Counted from the stretch's first letter, positions 26,732 to 37,587 are shown. The stretch is DNA of 64,000 nucleotides from Verrucomicrobiota bacterium (GCA_016871495.1 VHDF01000011.1:12384-76383); one strand, 5' to 3'. Translations and numbers: made by a program. Notes: generated by a model not told the origin, from the letters alone.

Positions 26732-29287
26732 ATGATTCTTCCCCCATCCCGCTCCATGCTCCTCGCCGGCTGGTTCGCTGTCTCGAATCTGCTCGCCCAG
26801 AATGGCGATCGACCCGGCGAAACTCAGGCCGAACGCATTCCCGCCGACAAAATTCCACCCGCTCCCGTCCTCCCGCCCGAGGAAGCCCTCAAGTCCTTCA
26901 AAGTGCCGGAAGGATTCAAAGTGGAAATCGTCGCCGCCGAACCGCTCGTCGAAGCCCCCGTGCTCATGCAGTTCGATCCGGACGGACGGCTCTGGGTCCT
27001 CGAAATGCGCGGCTACATGCCCAACCCCGAAGGGAAAGGAGAGGACGCAAAAACAGGACGCGTCAGCATTCTTGAAGACACGGATCAGGACGGGCGCATG
27101 GACAAGCGGACCACGTTCCAGGACAACCTCGTCCTGCCTCGCGCCTTGGTCCTCACCCGCGGCGGAGCTCTGGTCGGCGAACCCCCGAAACTGTGGTTCT
27201 TGCGCGACACGGACGGAGACCTCAAGGCCGACGATTTTATTGAAGTCGCCACGGATTACGGCGGACGCGAGAATCCGGAGCATACCTCGAACGGATTGAT
27301 CGTGGGTCTCGACAATTGGATCTATAGCGCCAATCACACGACGCGGTACCGTTTCCAGGACGCGGAATGGAAAAAAGAACCCACCGTGTTCCGCGGCCAG
27401 TGGGGCATCAGCCAGGACGACTTTGGCCGACTCTTCTTCAATTCCAATAGCGATCATCTCAGGGCCGACTTGGTGCCTTCCCACTATTTTCACAGAAACA
27501 GCCACCTCCGCGGTGTCACCGGACTCAACTTCGCCGTCGCCAAAGATCAATCCGTCTGGCCGGGACGCATGAACCCCGGAGTGAACCGGGGATACCAGCC
27601 TCAACAACTCCGCGCAGACGGCACTCTGGCTACCTTCACCGGTGCCTGCGCCCCGCTTATCTACCGGGGAGACCAATTTCCAGAATCGCATCAAGGCAAT
27701 GCCTTCGTTTGTGAACCGACCGGCAACTTCGTCCGCCGCAGCCTGCTCAAGGAGCAAGCCGGCATCATCACGGCCGAAAACGCTCACGCTCGCACAGAAT
27801 TCCTGACCTCCACCGACGAACGCTTCCGCCCGGTGAGCCTGGCCAACGGCCCCGACGGTGCCCTGTATGTCGTGGACATGTATCGCGGCATCATCCAACA
27901 CCGCATCTACCTGACCAGCTACCTGCGCAAACAAGCCCTTTCGCGAGGCCTCGAAAAAGGGCTGGAACACGGTCGCATCTATCGCGTGGTGCGCACCTCT
28001 GCCCCGCCCACTCCGAAAACCCGGCCCGGCCTCGGATCCGCGACGCCGGCGCAACTCGCCGAATACCTCTCGCATCCCAATGGCTGGCATCGGGACACCG
28101 CGCAACGACTGTTGGTGGAAAGCAGTGAAAGCTCCGCCGCCGCCCCCCTGCGTCAAATCGCTCGCTCTCATGCCAATCCGAAGGCGCGACTGCACGCACT
28201 CTGGACCCTGGAAGGCCTCGCCCTGTTGGATCGCCCCACACTGATGGCCGCTTTGGGCGATTCCCACGAACGCGTGGCCGCCGCCGCCATCCGTTTGTCG
28301 GAACCTTTCCTGGCCCGTGATGAAATGGATCTCTTCCCGAAACTGATCGGTTTTTCCACCGATCCACGCCACGCCATCCGCTTGCAATTGGCGTTTTCCC
28401 TCGCCCGCTACCCGCGAGAAGACGTCGACACCGCCTTGGTCAAAATGATCGTCCATGCGCCCACGGACACTTTGCTCCGCGAAGCTGTCGTTTCCGGCTG
28501 GGTGGGACGAGAAGCGCATTTCCTCGAGGCCATCCTATCCATGCCGACAGATCAGAAGTCATCGCTCCTTCCGACCTTGGGCCTCCTGGCGCGTTGCGTT
28601 TGGAACGAGGGTCAGGGCGCCAAGGTGAGCCGTATCCTGCAGCGCATCGCTGCCAGCGGCACTGATTCCTCTCCATACCTCGCCGTCCTTCAAGGCCTGA
28701 ACGCCGCCGCCCCCAAGCCGAATACGAAAAACGCAGCACCGCCGCGACCGGTGAAACTCGATCGTGAACCCTCCGAACTGGTTTCGCTCAAGGCTTCACC
28801 GAATTCGGAACTGGCCAAAACCGCGGAAAGCCTCCTCTCGGTTCTCGTCTGGCCGGGCAAACCCGGATACGTGGAGCCGAAAGTCATTCCCTTGAACGCC
28901 GAGGATCAAGCCCTCTTTGACGAGGGGAAACCCCTCTACCAAGCCATCTGCGGCGCCTGCCACCAACCCACCGGTCTCGGGCAGGACGGTTTGGCGCCGC
29001 CCGTGCTCGATTCTGAATGGGTGCTGGGCTCGCCCGATCGCCTGATTCGAATCGTGCTCCACGGGGTGCGCGGCAAACTCACGGTCAAAGGCGTCAGCTA
29101 CAACCTCGAGATGCCTCCGCTCAGCATTCTGGACGACCGGCAGGTGGCTGCCATCCTCACCTACATGCGCCGCGAATGGGGCCACAACGCATCGCCCATC
29201 TCCCCCGCCACGATTCAAACCATCCGCCAGCAGACCGAGTCTCGTGCCGAAGCGTGGACCGAACCCGAACTGCTCAAGCTTCCCTGA
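26732..29287 (+). CDS. PVC-type membrane-bound dehydrogenase-like protein with HEAT repeats and C-terminal cytochrome c
   Basis: FKVEIVAAEPLV, FDPDGRLWV, EHTSNGL..GLDNWIY, FRPV..GPDGALYVVDMY, CGACHQ, MPP. Confidence 0.88.
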   Translation: MILPPSRSMLLAGWFAVSNLLAQNGDRPGETQAERIPADKIPPAPVLPPEEALKSFKVPEGFKVEIVAAEPLVEAPVLMQFDPDGRLWVLEMRGYMPNPEGKGEDAKTGRVSILEDTDQDGRMDKRTTFQDNLVLPRALVLTRGGALVGEPPKLWFLRDTDGDLKADDFIEVATDYGGRENPEHTSNGLIVGLDNWIYSANHTTRYRFQDAEWKKEPTVFRGQWGISQDDFGRLFFNSNSDHLRADLVPSHYFHRNSHLRGVTGLNFAVAKDQSVWPGRMNPGVNRGYQPQQLRADGTLATFTGACAPLIYRGDQFPESHQGNAFVCEPTGNFVRRSLLKEQAGIITAENAHARTEFLTSTDERFRPVSLANGPDGALYVVDMYRGIIQHRIYLTSYLRKQALSRGLEKGLEHGRIYRVVRTSAPPTPKTRPGLGSATPAQLAEYLSHPNGWHRDTAQRLLVESSESSAAAPLRQIARSHANPKARLHALWTLEGLALLDRPTLMAALGDSHERVAAAAIRLSEPFLARDEMDLFPKLIGFSTDPRHAIRLQLAFSLARYPREDVDTALVKMIVHAPTDTLLREAVVSGWVGREAHFLEAILSMPTDQKSSLLPTLGLLARCVWNEGQGAKVSRILQRIAASGTDSSPYLAVLQGLNAAAPKPNTKNAAPPRPVKLDREPSELVSLKASPNSELAKTAESLLSVLVWPGKPGYVEPKVIPLNAEDQALFDEGKPLYQAICGACHQPTGLGQDGLAPPVLDSEWVLGSPDRLIRIVLHGVRGKLTVKGVSYNLEMPPLSILDDRQVAAILTYMRREWGHNASPISPATIQTIRQQTESRAEAWTEPELLKLP

Positions 29288-29296
29288 CCCGTCCGC

Positions 29297-31474
29297 TCAA
29301 AACGGCCGCTTCGCCAACCGCACCCGCGGCGGCGACACCGCGAGTCCCGCCGGGCCATGCATGCTCGAATTCCCCTTCGCCTCCTCGCCCAGGCTGCGGC
29401 GGATGAATTCGACCTGGCTGCGCAAGCGGGCTTTCCCGTGACCTGAAGTGGAAAGCACAGACTTTCCATCCGCTTTGAGCATGCGTGCCTTCACACGATC
29501 CCGCAACGAAAGTCCCAGCACCTCCTCCACCAAACGATCCCGCAAACGTCCATCCACGATCGGAAACACCACCTCCACGCGGCGAAAGAAATTGCGCGGC
29601 ATCCAATCGGCGCTCCCCACAAAAACTTCGGGCCGGCACGCGTTTTCGAAATAGTAAATCCGGCTGTGTTCCAGGAAACGGTCCACGATGCTGCGCACCT
29701 CGATCCGGTCGCTCAGGCCGGGAACACCGGGACGCAGACAACAAGTCCCGCGAACGATCAACTGGATGTTTACCCCGGCCCCGGACGCGGCATAAAGCGC
29801 GTCAATCACCTTCGTGTCCACCAAGGCGTTCATCTTGGCCACAATCCTCGTCGGCAATCCTCGTCGAGCGTGCTCGGCCTCCCTCTCGATCAAGGACAGT
29901 ATTTTCGCATGGAGCTCAAACGGCGCCACCACCAACCGGCGCATCGGTTGATACTGGCAGATTCCAGTCAACAGATTGAATAACCGGGTGGCGTCCTCCC
30001 CGAAATCTTCGTCACAGGTCAGCAAGCTGATGTCCGTGTAAAGCCGGGCGGTGTTCGGATTATAGTTTCCCGTTCCCAGGTGCAGGTATCGGCGCAGGCC
30101 GTCGTCGTCCCGGCGCACAATCAACAACGCCTTGGCGTGAATCTTGAATCCCACCAAACCGTACACCACATGCACCCCGGCCTCTTCCAGCCGCTTGGCC
30201 CATTCGACATTGTTGGCCTCGTCGAAACGTGCGCGCAATTCCACCACCACGGACACCTGCTTGCCGTGATGCACCGCCCGCATCAGTGCCCCCACGATCC
30301 GGTCATCCCCGCCGGTGCGATAAAGGGTCTGTTTGATCGCCAGCACCCGCGGATCGCTGGCGGCCTGGGTCAAGAGCTCGAGCACGGTCGAGAAGCTCTC
30401 GTACGGATGATGCAGGAGCACGTCACCCTCGCGAATCACCTCGAACAGATCCGTCTTTCCACGCACAACCGGCGAAAGCTGCGGCGAAAAGGGAGGATCC
30501 TTCAATTCCGGAACGTCGTCCCGATCACACAACATCATCAATCTCGCAGGATGCATCGGGCCGTCGATGACATAGAGATCCTCCCGCCGAAGCCGGAGAT
30601 GCTCCAGCAAGAAACCCGCCACGGAAGGCGGACAATCGTGAGCCACCTCGAGACGAACCGCGTCGCCCCGGCGCCGGTTGTGCAGTTCGTTCTCGACCGC
30701 CTTCAGCAAGTTGGCCGCTTCCTCCTCGTCGATGTAGAGTTCGCTGTTACGGGTCACGCGAAAAAGCCAGCTGCCCTGGATGGCCATCCCCGGAAACAAA
30801 TCGGGCAGGAAGTGCCGGATCAATTCCCCCAAAAAAACGTAGGCTCGGGAACCGTCGCCGCGAGGCAACTGGACCAGCCGGGGCAGACGACGCGGCACCG
30901 GCACGATGGCGTTGTGACGTCCCTCGCCCAGAGCGTTTGTCCTCGCCAGTTGCACGATCAAATTGAGCGATTTATTGATGAGCAGGGGAAAAGGATGAGC
31001 CGGATCAATGGCGATGGGAGTCAAGAGTTGGCGGATTTCCGCCCGATAAAACTGCTCCAGCCAGGCCAAGTCCCTTCCCGGCATGTTCGCCACCGGGATG
31101 AAGGCCACGCCCGCCTTGGCCAGCCCCGGCAACAATTGTCTCTTCCAACATTGATACTGCACGCGCACGAGCCTTCGAATGCGCTTCTCGATCGCCGCCA
31201 GGAGTCTGGACGGCGCCATTTCCCCCTCCTCGGCGCCCCCCCCGCCGCTCTCAATCCGCTGTTTTAATCCGGCCACGCGAATCTCGAAAAACTCGTCGAG
31301 ATTCGTGCTCGTGATGCAAAAAAACTTCAACCGCTCCAGAAGGGGAGTCGAGGGATCCAGCGCCTCATCAAGCACGCGCTGGTTGAATTCCAACCAGCTC
31401 AGCTCACGCTGCAAATATCGCCCCCCCGAGAGGGACGGCGGCGAGACACGGCCAAGTTTCTTGCTTATCCTCAT
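29297..31474 (-). CDS. ppk1: Polyphosphate kinase 1
   Basis: RELSWLEFNQRVL, NLDEFFEIRVAGL, HPFP, LLHHPYESF, ELRARFDE, KIHAK, HLGTGNYN, SADWMPRN. Confidence 0.97.
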   Translation of the reverse strand: MRISKKLGRVSPPSLSGGRYLQRELSWLEFNQRVLDEALDPSTPLLERLKFFCITSTNLDEFFEIRVAGLKQRIESGGGGAEEGEMAPSRLLAAIEKRIRRLVRVQYQCWKRQLLPGLAKAGVAFIPVANMPGRDLAWLEQFYRAEIRQLLTPIAIDPAHPFPLLINKSLNLIVQLARTNALGEGRHNAIVPVPRRLPRLVQLPRGDGSRAYVFLGELIRHFLPDLFPGMAIQGSWLFRVTRNSELYIDEEEAANLLKAVENELHNRRRGDAVRLEVAHDCPPSVAGFLLEHLRLRREDLYVIDGPMHPARLMMLCDRDDVPELKDPPFSPQLSPVVRGKTDLFEVIREGDVLLHHPYESFSTVLELLTQAASDPRVLAIKQTLYRTGGDDRIVGALMRAVHHGKQVSVVVELRARFDEANNVEWAKRLEEAGVHVVYGLVGFKIHAKALLIVRRDDDGLRRYLHLGTGNYNPNTARLYTDISLLTCDEDFGEDATRLFNLLTGICQYQPMRRLVVAPFELHAKILSLIEREAEHARRGLPTRIVAKMNALVDTKVIDALYAASGAGVNIQLIVRGTCCLRPGVPGLSDRIEVRSIVDRFLEHSRIYYFENACRPEVFVGSADWMPRNFFRRVEVVFPIVDGRLRDRLVEEVLGLSLRDRVKARMLKADGKSVLSTSGHGKARLRSQVEFIRRSLGEEAKGNSSMHGPAGLAVSPPRVRLAKRPF

Positions 31475-31604
31475 GCCCAAACCCTCAGCCTAAGGTCCGG
31501 CCCTCTGTTCAGGCCAGCGACAATTGTGTGACAGCCATCAGGTTCAACGCTCCCCTCGGGCCGGCGCTTGCCTTTGCCAATTCGAGGAAGTTAGCCTGCC
31601 GGAC

Positions 31605-32471
31605 ATGAACTCCCTTCGATTCTCCGCTCTCTTCCTTTTTCTTTGCACCTTGCCGGCCCTGGCCGCCCCCGCCATTCCCGATTCCCACCGGATCGGCGGA
31701 CTGGCCGTGGGGACTCAAGCCTACACCTTCAATCGTTTTTCGGTCTTTGAAGCCATTCATAAAACCGCCGCCGCAGGCGGAAAAGTGATCGAGTTTTATC
31801 CCGGCCAGAAACTCAGCCCCGAAGAACCCGGCGTCAAGTGGAGCCATGACGCCTCGGACGAAGTCATCGCCAAGGTCAAGGAACAGTTGTCCAAATTCGG
31901 ACTGCTGGCCGTCAATTATGGGGTGGTGAGCATTCCCAAAGAGGAGGCCAGCGCCCGGAAAATTTTCGATTTCGCCAGGAAAATGGGCTTCGTGGCCGTG
32001 ACGACCGAGTCGGTGGACTCGATCGACATCATCGAAAAGATGGTGAAGGAATACGACATCAAGGTCGCATTCCACAATCATCCACGACAGCCCAACAACC
32101 CCAACTATCGCGTCTGGGATCCCCGCTTTGTGGCGGACTTGGTCAAGGATCGCGATCCGCGCATCGGCGCGTGTGCGGACACGGGGCATTGGCTGGCCTC
32201 CGAACTCGACCCCGTTGAAGCGCTGCGAATCCTGAAAGGAAGGGTCATCAGCAGCCACCTCAAGGACCGCAATGTGAAAGGCCGCCAGGGACATCACGAT
32301 GTGCCTTACGGCACCGGCATCGGGCGGGTGGCCGAAGTCCTGGATGAATTCCGAGCCCAGGGATTTCAGGGCAATATTTCCATCGAGTATGAATTCAATT
32401 GGGACCATTCCGTCCCTGACATTGCCCAGTGCGTCGGGTTCATTCGAGGCCACACCGCCCGATGGAAATAG
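31605..32471 (+). CDS. Secreted sugar phosphate isomerase/epimerase (AP_endonuc_2 TIM barrel)
   Basis: Signal peptide; QAYTFNRF, VAFHNHP, ADTGHW, HLKD, ISIEYE. Confidence 0.88.
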   Translation: MNSLRFSALFLFLCTLPALAAPAIPDSHRIGGLAVGTQAYTFNRFSVFEAIHKTAAAGGKVIEFYPGQKLSPEEPGVKWSHDASDEVIAKVKEQLSKFGLLAVNYGVVSIPKEEASARKIFDFARKMGFVAVTTESVDSIDIIEKMVKEYDIKVAFHNHPRQPNNPNYRVWDPRFVADLVKDRDPRIGACADTGHWLASELDPVEALRILKGRVISSHLKDRNVKGRQGHHDVPYGTGIGRVAEVLDEFRAQGFQGNISIEYEFNWDHSVPDIAQCVGFIRGHTARWK

Positions 32472-32565
32472 CGCTCGGCTTGCCCGGCTCCGCCCACCGG
32501 TAGAAATGAGGCAAGAATCCGCGCGTTCCCCGTCCCGGGAAGCGCGCTGAATTTGGGGTTCCCGC

Positions 32566-32793
32566 CAGTGCATCCACAGGTATCGGTGATGCGCGCGGCA
32601 CCGCCGAGGCAGCGGCGTTTACGCCGCTGCAGGGCGTGTCTTCAAGGGCATGTCAGGCTCAACAGGCAAGGGTGCTGCCGGGGCGAAGGCATCCACCCAG
32701 GGCGGGCCATAAAGCGGGAGGAGATCGCCGCGGCCGATGAGCGCGAGCGGAAGCACCGTGAACAGCGCGCCCCGACAACTTGCGGATGCACCG
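32566..32793. mobile_element. Family B MITE (copy 1)
   Basis: Ends CAGTGCATCC / GGATGCACCG; perfect 9-bp DR GGTTCCCGC at 32557-32565 and 32794-32802; homologous to 41457-41681 and 63003-63232. Confidence 0.85.
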
Positions 32794-32832
32794 GGTTCCC
32801 GCCACGGAGCGGCTTCCGCCTTGCTTGAAGGC

Positions 32833-34719
32833 CTAGGCTTCGACTCCTTCGCCCTCGAGGAATCCCTGCAACTGGCGAATGCGCGTCGGATGGCGCATCT
32901 TGCGGAGCGCCTTCGCTTCGATCTGCCGGATGCGTTCGCGCGTCACCTTGAACTGCTTGCCCACTTCCTCCAGCGTTCGTGAATAGCCATCCCCCAGGCC
33001 GAACCTGAGCTCCAGGACTTTTCGCTCCCGTTCCGTCAACGTCTCGAGCACATCCTGCAACTTGTCCTTGAGCAGGCTGTAGCTCGTCATGTCCGACGGA
33101 TTCTCCGCGGACTTGTCCTCGATAAAATCTCCGAAATTCGTGTCCTCACTGTCGCCGACCGGGGACTGCATGGAAATGGGCTGCTGCGCCATTTTGAGGA
33201 CGGCGCGCACCCGCTCCACGGGCATCTGCATTTCGTCCGCGATCTCCTCCGGCGTCGCTTCGCGTCCGAAATCCTGCACAAGCTGCTTCTGCACCCGCAT
33301 CAGCTTGTTGATGGTTTCGATCATGTGGACCGGAATGCGAATGGTCCGGGCTTGGTCGGCGATGGATCGAGTAATGGCCTGGCGGATCCACCACGTGGCG
33401 TAGGTGGAGAACTTGTAGCCACGGCGGTACTCAAACTTCTCGACCGCCTTCATCAGCCCCATGTTCCCCTCCTGAATCAGATCCAGAAAGGAGAGCCCGC
33501 GATTGGTGTACTTTTTGGCAATCGAAATCACCAGACGGAGGTTCGCCTCGACCATCTCGGTCTTGGCCTGGAGGGCCTTTCGCGAAAAATGCTGGAGCCG
33601 CTCGTAGGCTGCCAGGTAGTCGGTGGCCATCATCCGCACGAATTCCTCGAGGGCTTTGATCTTGCGCTGCTCGGATTGAATGATGGCCTGCGATTGGGGC
33701 GACTTGCGCTGGTGCTCCATCTCGTGAATCACCCGCAAGCTGGCCTGAATCTTCTCGTAAATGTTGTCCGCCACCAGCGCCATCTCCTCGATGACCTTCT
33801 GCTTGTAGAAGAACTTGGCGAAGGTGCGCTGCAGCTTGTCGTCCAGCTTCTTGAACTCCGCCGCAACCTTGTCACGCTTGGCCTTGTTCGGCACGTGGTG
33901 CGTCTCGGCGTACTTGTCGTCCACGTTTTGATCAATCGTGCGCACCTCCTTCACGAGCTTGCGCAAGGCCTTGAGATGGTTCTCCCGGCCCTCAATCTTC
34001 TTGTCCACGATGACGCGGTCGAATCGCTCCTTGGGCGGCTCCGAAATCAACTTCTCCGCAAGCGCGATGTGCTCCTTCCCCGCGAATCCGAATCCGTATA
34101 TGATCCGCTTCACTTCGGTCTCCGCATCCTCGATGCGTTTCGAAATCTCCACCTCCTGCTCGCGCGTCAGCAAAGGGACCTGGCCCATCTGCTTCAGATA
34201 CATGCGCACCGGATCATCGAGAATGTCGAGGCGCGTCTTGTCCTCCTCATCCTCAGGCTCAGGCTGCTTGACGCGATCCACCTCCGCCTGATCGACAATC
34301 TCCACCTCGAGATTGCGCAGCTTGATGTAGATCTCATCAAGCTCCTCCGGCGTGACGATGTTGTCCGGCAAAGCGTCGTTGATATCCCCGTAAGTCAGGT
34401 AGCCCTGTTCCTGCGCCAGCCGGACGAGTTCCTTGATCTTTTCCGTCAAATCCAGGCCCGACTGGGTCTTGATAGGAGGAATCACCGCACCCGCCACGCC
34501 GTCCGCAGGGGGGTGGGATTCAGAAGCAGGGGTGGAGGAAGAATGGGCCGAAACAGCAGAGAGGTGCTTGGAAGCCCTCGGGCCAGGCGCGGGACGGGAC
34601 TTTTGCTTGTCCTTTGCGACCGCTTTTACCGTCTTCTCCTCCGGCTTGGCAGCCGGTTTGATGTTTTTTCGAGAGACGACTTTCGTTGCGTGTTTCTTGG
34701 GCTTCGGCGACTTGACCAT
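32833..34719 (-). CDS. rpoD: Primary RNA polymerase sigma factor
   Basis: Region 1.1, [67 protein letters not shown]. Confidence 0.98.
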   Translation of the reverse strand: MVKSPKPKKHATKVVSRKNIKPAAKPEEKTVKAVAKDKQKSRPAPGPRASKHLSAVSAHSSSTPASESHPPADGVAGAVIPPIKTQSGLDLTEKIKELVRLAQEQGYLTYGDINDALPDNIVTPEELDEIYIKLRNLEVEIVDQAEVDRVKQPEPEDEEDKTRLDILDDPVRMYLKQMGQVPLLTREQEVEISKRIEDAETEVKRIIYGFGFAGKEHIALAEKLISEPPKERFDRVIVDKKIEGRENHLKALRKLVKEVRTIDQNVDDKYAETHHVPNKAKRDKVAAEFKKLDDKLQRTFAKFFYKQKVIEEMALVADNIYEKIQASLRVIHEMEHQRKSPQSQAIIQSEQRKIKALEEFVRMMATDYLAAYERLQHFSRKALQAKTEMVEANLRLVISIAKKYTNRGLSFLDLIQEGNMGLMKAVEKFEYRRGYKFSTYATWWIRQAITRSIADQARTIRIPVHMIETINKLMRVQKQLVQDFGREATPEEIADEMQMPVERVRAVLKMAQQPISMQSPVGDSEDTNFGDFIEDKSAENPSDMTSYSLLKDKLQDVLETLTERERKVLELRFGLGDGYSRTLEEVGKQFKVTRERIRQIEAKALRKMRHPTRIRQLQGFLEGEGVEA

Positions 34720-34771
34720 ATTTTTCGTCTATTCCAATTCTGGCCATATTTTTCGTCTATTCCAATTCTGG
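34716..34771. repeat. Perfect 2x28-nt tandem repeat covering the rpoD start codon
   Basis: CCATATTTTTCGTCTATTCCAATTCTGG at 34716-34743 and 34744-34771. Confidence 0.95.
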
Positions 34772-34929
34772 CAAGAGTGGCAAAGGAGCAAAACTCCAGA
34801 ACTCGAATAGATCTAGAGAAGATCGTTGTGCCGCCCGGCCGCGAAATAGCCGGTCAATATTGTGTATCATCAAGTTCGAGTCAAGCGGCCAAATGTCACC
34901 GTGGATTGGCGGGGTGGCGGTTCCAACCC

Positions 34930-36270
34930 TCATGCTCCAACACTGGCAGGCGCCAGGATCGCGTCACCCATGCCATGGATGATCTTCTTGTCTCCCGGAC
35001 AAGTGGTGGCCAGCACGCCCCCCAATCGCGCCCGACGATCATCCCCCTCCCCGGCCACAAAATAATAAGGACACAGGCGAGTCCGGCCTTCCATGGGAAC
35101 CATGGACCCGGCATCGGGGTCATACCAAGCCGTCGCAACCCGCCGAGGTTTGTGATACTCTTGCAGAATATAGGGGTGATCGCCCGCCTGCTGGATCGCC
35201 TTTCGAACTGCCGCAGACCAATCGGACGAAGAGAGGTCGCTTCCCAAGGAGACTCCACGCGCCCCCCATGCCATGGGAGAAAACCCCGAGATCTTGAGAA
35301 TTAACTGGCGTTCTCGCCGCGAAAGGGCCCCCAACTGATTCCAATCCGTCACATTTAATCTTGGAATCGCCCCTTGCGGTGGAAGCGGCTCCGGATCCAC
35401 CAACCAAGTGTAAGGCACCACCGCCATGAGGGTCGAAAGAAACCCTTCCCCAAGTTCCCGATGCCAAAAGGCCCTCAATTTGCGATTCCACAACAAGGCG
35501 AAAAGCAACTTTTCCTCAAACAAGGAGCAAGGCGGAGGGGTCAGAAAAATCGACCCGGACGCCGCCCTCTCCAGCAAGTCCTTCGCCCCAGGCACGTGGT
35601 CCAAATCAAAGAGTTCAAAAAAGCGGTAAACAGCGTCCCCCCCAGCCAGGTCGCGGCTCCCTGGCGAAGTCACCCGGAACCGGTCCGGCGGCAATTGTCT
35701 GCAAAGCCATTCCATTTCAGGTCGATACGTGGACGACTCATCCGAAATCACGATATGGACGTTTGAACGCGGTCCGAAAATGGACTGGAAGCCCTCGACC
35801 ATGCCGGAGGCGCCCCCCAGCGGCGACTGCTGCTCCGACTCCACGCCAGACCAAGGCATTGCCGCATACGTTTGATTGAGCCACGCGGTCAAGCCGATCC
35901 CTCCCGGCACGCTGTCAAGCTCGGTGATAACCCAATGTTTTTCGGTCAACAGGATGTCGGGACGAATGACACGGGGCGTCTCATGTTTGAAGGCGGCCGC
36001 ACGCTGAAGTTCGATCAAAGCCTTGGGTTTGCCACGTTCCAGCCACTGCGCCACCCAGGCCGGTTGTCGTCCTTCACAACTGTGGCGATAAAGCAGACCC
36101 GCCGCCTGATAGAATTTAAGCAAAACCCTTCCGAGTTTTTCGAATTGATCTGCAAGCGCCCGCCCAATTGGAAAAGGACGTCCCGCCACCCGCCATCCCA
36201 ACCCCGCAAACAAGCCCTCGGGAGGAAGCCGACGAAGGGCTTCCCGTGCTCGATCGACATCACCGTGCAT
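34930..36270 (-). CDS. Circularly permuted ATP-grasp-like hypothetical protein
   Basis: IRPDILL..VITELDSVPGGIG; FEEKLLFALLW; LILKISG; YILQEY; RTRLCPYYF. Confidence 0.7.
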   Translation of the reverse strand: MHGDVDRAREALRRLPPEGLFAGLGWRVAGRPFPIGRALADQFEKLGRVLLKFYQAAGLLYRHSCEGRQPAWVAQWLERGKPKALIELQRAAAFKHETPRVIRPDILLTEKHWVITELDSVPGGIGLTAWLNQTYAAMPWSGVESEQQSPLGGASGMVEGFQSIFGPRSNVHIVISDESSTYRPEMEWLCRQLPPDRFRVTSPGSRDLAGGDAVYRFFELFDLDHVPGAKDLLERAASGSIFLTPPPCSLFEEKLLFALLWNRKLRAFWHRELGEGFLSTLMAVVPYTWLVDPEPLPPQGAIPRLNVTDWNQLGALSRRERQLILKISGFSPMAWGARGVSLGSDLSSSDWSAAVRKAIQQAGDHPYILQEYHKPRRVATAWYDPDAGSMVPMEGRTRLCPYYFVAGEGDDRRARLGGVLATTCPGDKKIIHGMGDAILAPASVGA

Positions 36271-36300
36271 GACTGCTAATGCGCGCGGGGAGCGCGGCGG

Positions 36301-37587
36301 TTAGACACGAACTTGACCAGTTCCGTACCCGAGCCATTTGTACGTGGTGAGTTCCTCCAATCCCATCGGGCCTCGAGCGCCAATCTTATCCGTGCTGATG
36401 CCGATCTCCGCGCCCATGCCGTACTCGCCCCCATCCGTGAAACGGGTGGAGGCGTTCCAATAAACCGCGGCGGAATCGACTTCGGCAAGAAACCGCTCGG
36501 CGGTTTCGCGGTTGGCGGTCACAATCGTGTCCGAATGACTGGAACCGTAGCGCCCAATATGGTCGATCGCGGCGGAGCAGTTCTCGACCACGCGAACATT
36601 CAGGATGTAATCGTTGTACTCGGTATGAAAGTCCTGCTCCGACGCAGCCGCCAGCTTCCAAGTCGCGGCGTTGGGTTGGGCCTGGAGAAGGGTCAAGGCA
36701 TGGGAATCGGCGCGAAGTTCGACCGATTTCTCAGCCAACGCTTTCGCGGCTTGAGGCAAGAACTCGGCAGCAACCGACTGATGAACCAGTAAGGTCTCCA
36801 TCGCATTGCACACCGCGGGACGATGCGTTTTCGCGTTCACGACGATCCGCAGGGCCATGGGCAAATCCGCCTCACGATCCACAAAAACATGGCAAACTCC
36901 CTTGAAGTGCTTGATCACCGGAACGCGGCTGCATTCCGCCACCGCCCGGATCAAACCCTCACCCCCTCGAGGCATGCACAGATCCACCAACCCGGTGAGA
37001 CTCAATAACGCCTTAATCGCCTCCCGGTCCGGGGTGGAAACGACTTGAATGGCGTCCTCAGGAAACGCCGGGGAAGCTTCGCGGCCCGCTTCGATCAAAC
37101 ATCTCGCGATGCACTGATTCGAGCGAATCGCTTCCTTGCCCCCCCGCAACACCGTGGCGTTCCCGGACTTAAAACAAAGCGCGGCGGCATCCGCCGTGAC
37201 ATTGGGCCTCGATTCGTAAATGATGGCGATCACCCCAATGGGCGTGGAAACCTTGCGCAACCGCAGGCCGTTGGGTCGAATTCTTTCCTCCAAAACCCTC
37301 CCGGTGGGATCGGGCAAAGCCGCAACTTCCCGCAAACCCTTGGCCATGGCCGAGATGCGGGCCGGAGTTAATTGAAGACGGTCCAGCATGGCCTGCGAAA
37401 GCCCGACCGCTTGCCCGTCCCGCAAATCCTCGGCATTCGCGAGGACCAAGGCATCAACGGACTTTTCAAGCCGGTCCGCCATCGCGAGAAGGCATCGATT
37501 CTTCTCCGCCGGAGTAAGCCGGGCCAGCGCGCGTGCCGCAGCCTTCGCCCGCTGAGCCAGGTTCGTCATTTGCTCGATCAAACTCAT
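36301..37587 (-). CDS. proA: Gamma-glutamyl phosphate reductase
   Basis: PIGVIAIIYESRPNVT, LRGGKEA, PRGGEGLI, PAVCNAMET, NASTRFTDGGEYGMGAEIGIST, RGPMGL. Confidence 0.97.
   Translation of the reverse strand: MSLIEQMTNLAQRAKAAARALARLTPAEKNRCLLAMADRLEKSVDALVLANAEDLRDGQAVGLSQAMLDRLQLTPARISAMAKGLREVAALPDPTGRVLEERIRPNGLRLRKVSTPIGVIAIIYESRPNVTADAAALCFKSGNATVLRGGKEAIRSNQCIARCLIEAGREASPAFPEDAIQVVSTPDREAIKALLSLTGLVDLCMPRGGEGLIRAVAECSRVPVIKHFKGVCHVFVDREADLPMALRIVVNAKTHRPAVCNAMETLLVHQSVAAEFLPQAAKALAEKSVELRADSHALTLLQAQPNAATWKLAAASEQDFHTEYNDYILNVRVVENCSAAIDHIGRYGSSHSDTIVTANRETAERFLAEVDSAAVYWNASTRFTDGGEYGMGAEIGISTDKIGARGPMGLEELTTYKWLGYGTGQVRV

Noticed and set aside
33325-35304. Long antisense ORFs (also 50752-52713, 26723-28519, 6738-8132, 37779-39002 and others)
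   Set aside because: They mirror well-supported genes on the other strand, as expected from GC-rich codon bias, and show no motifs.
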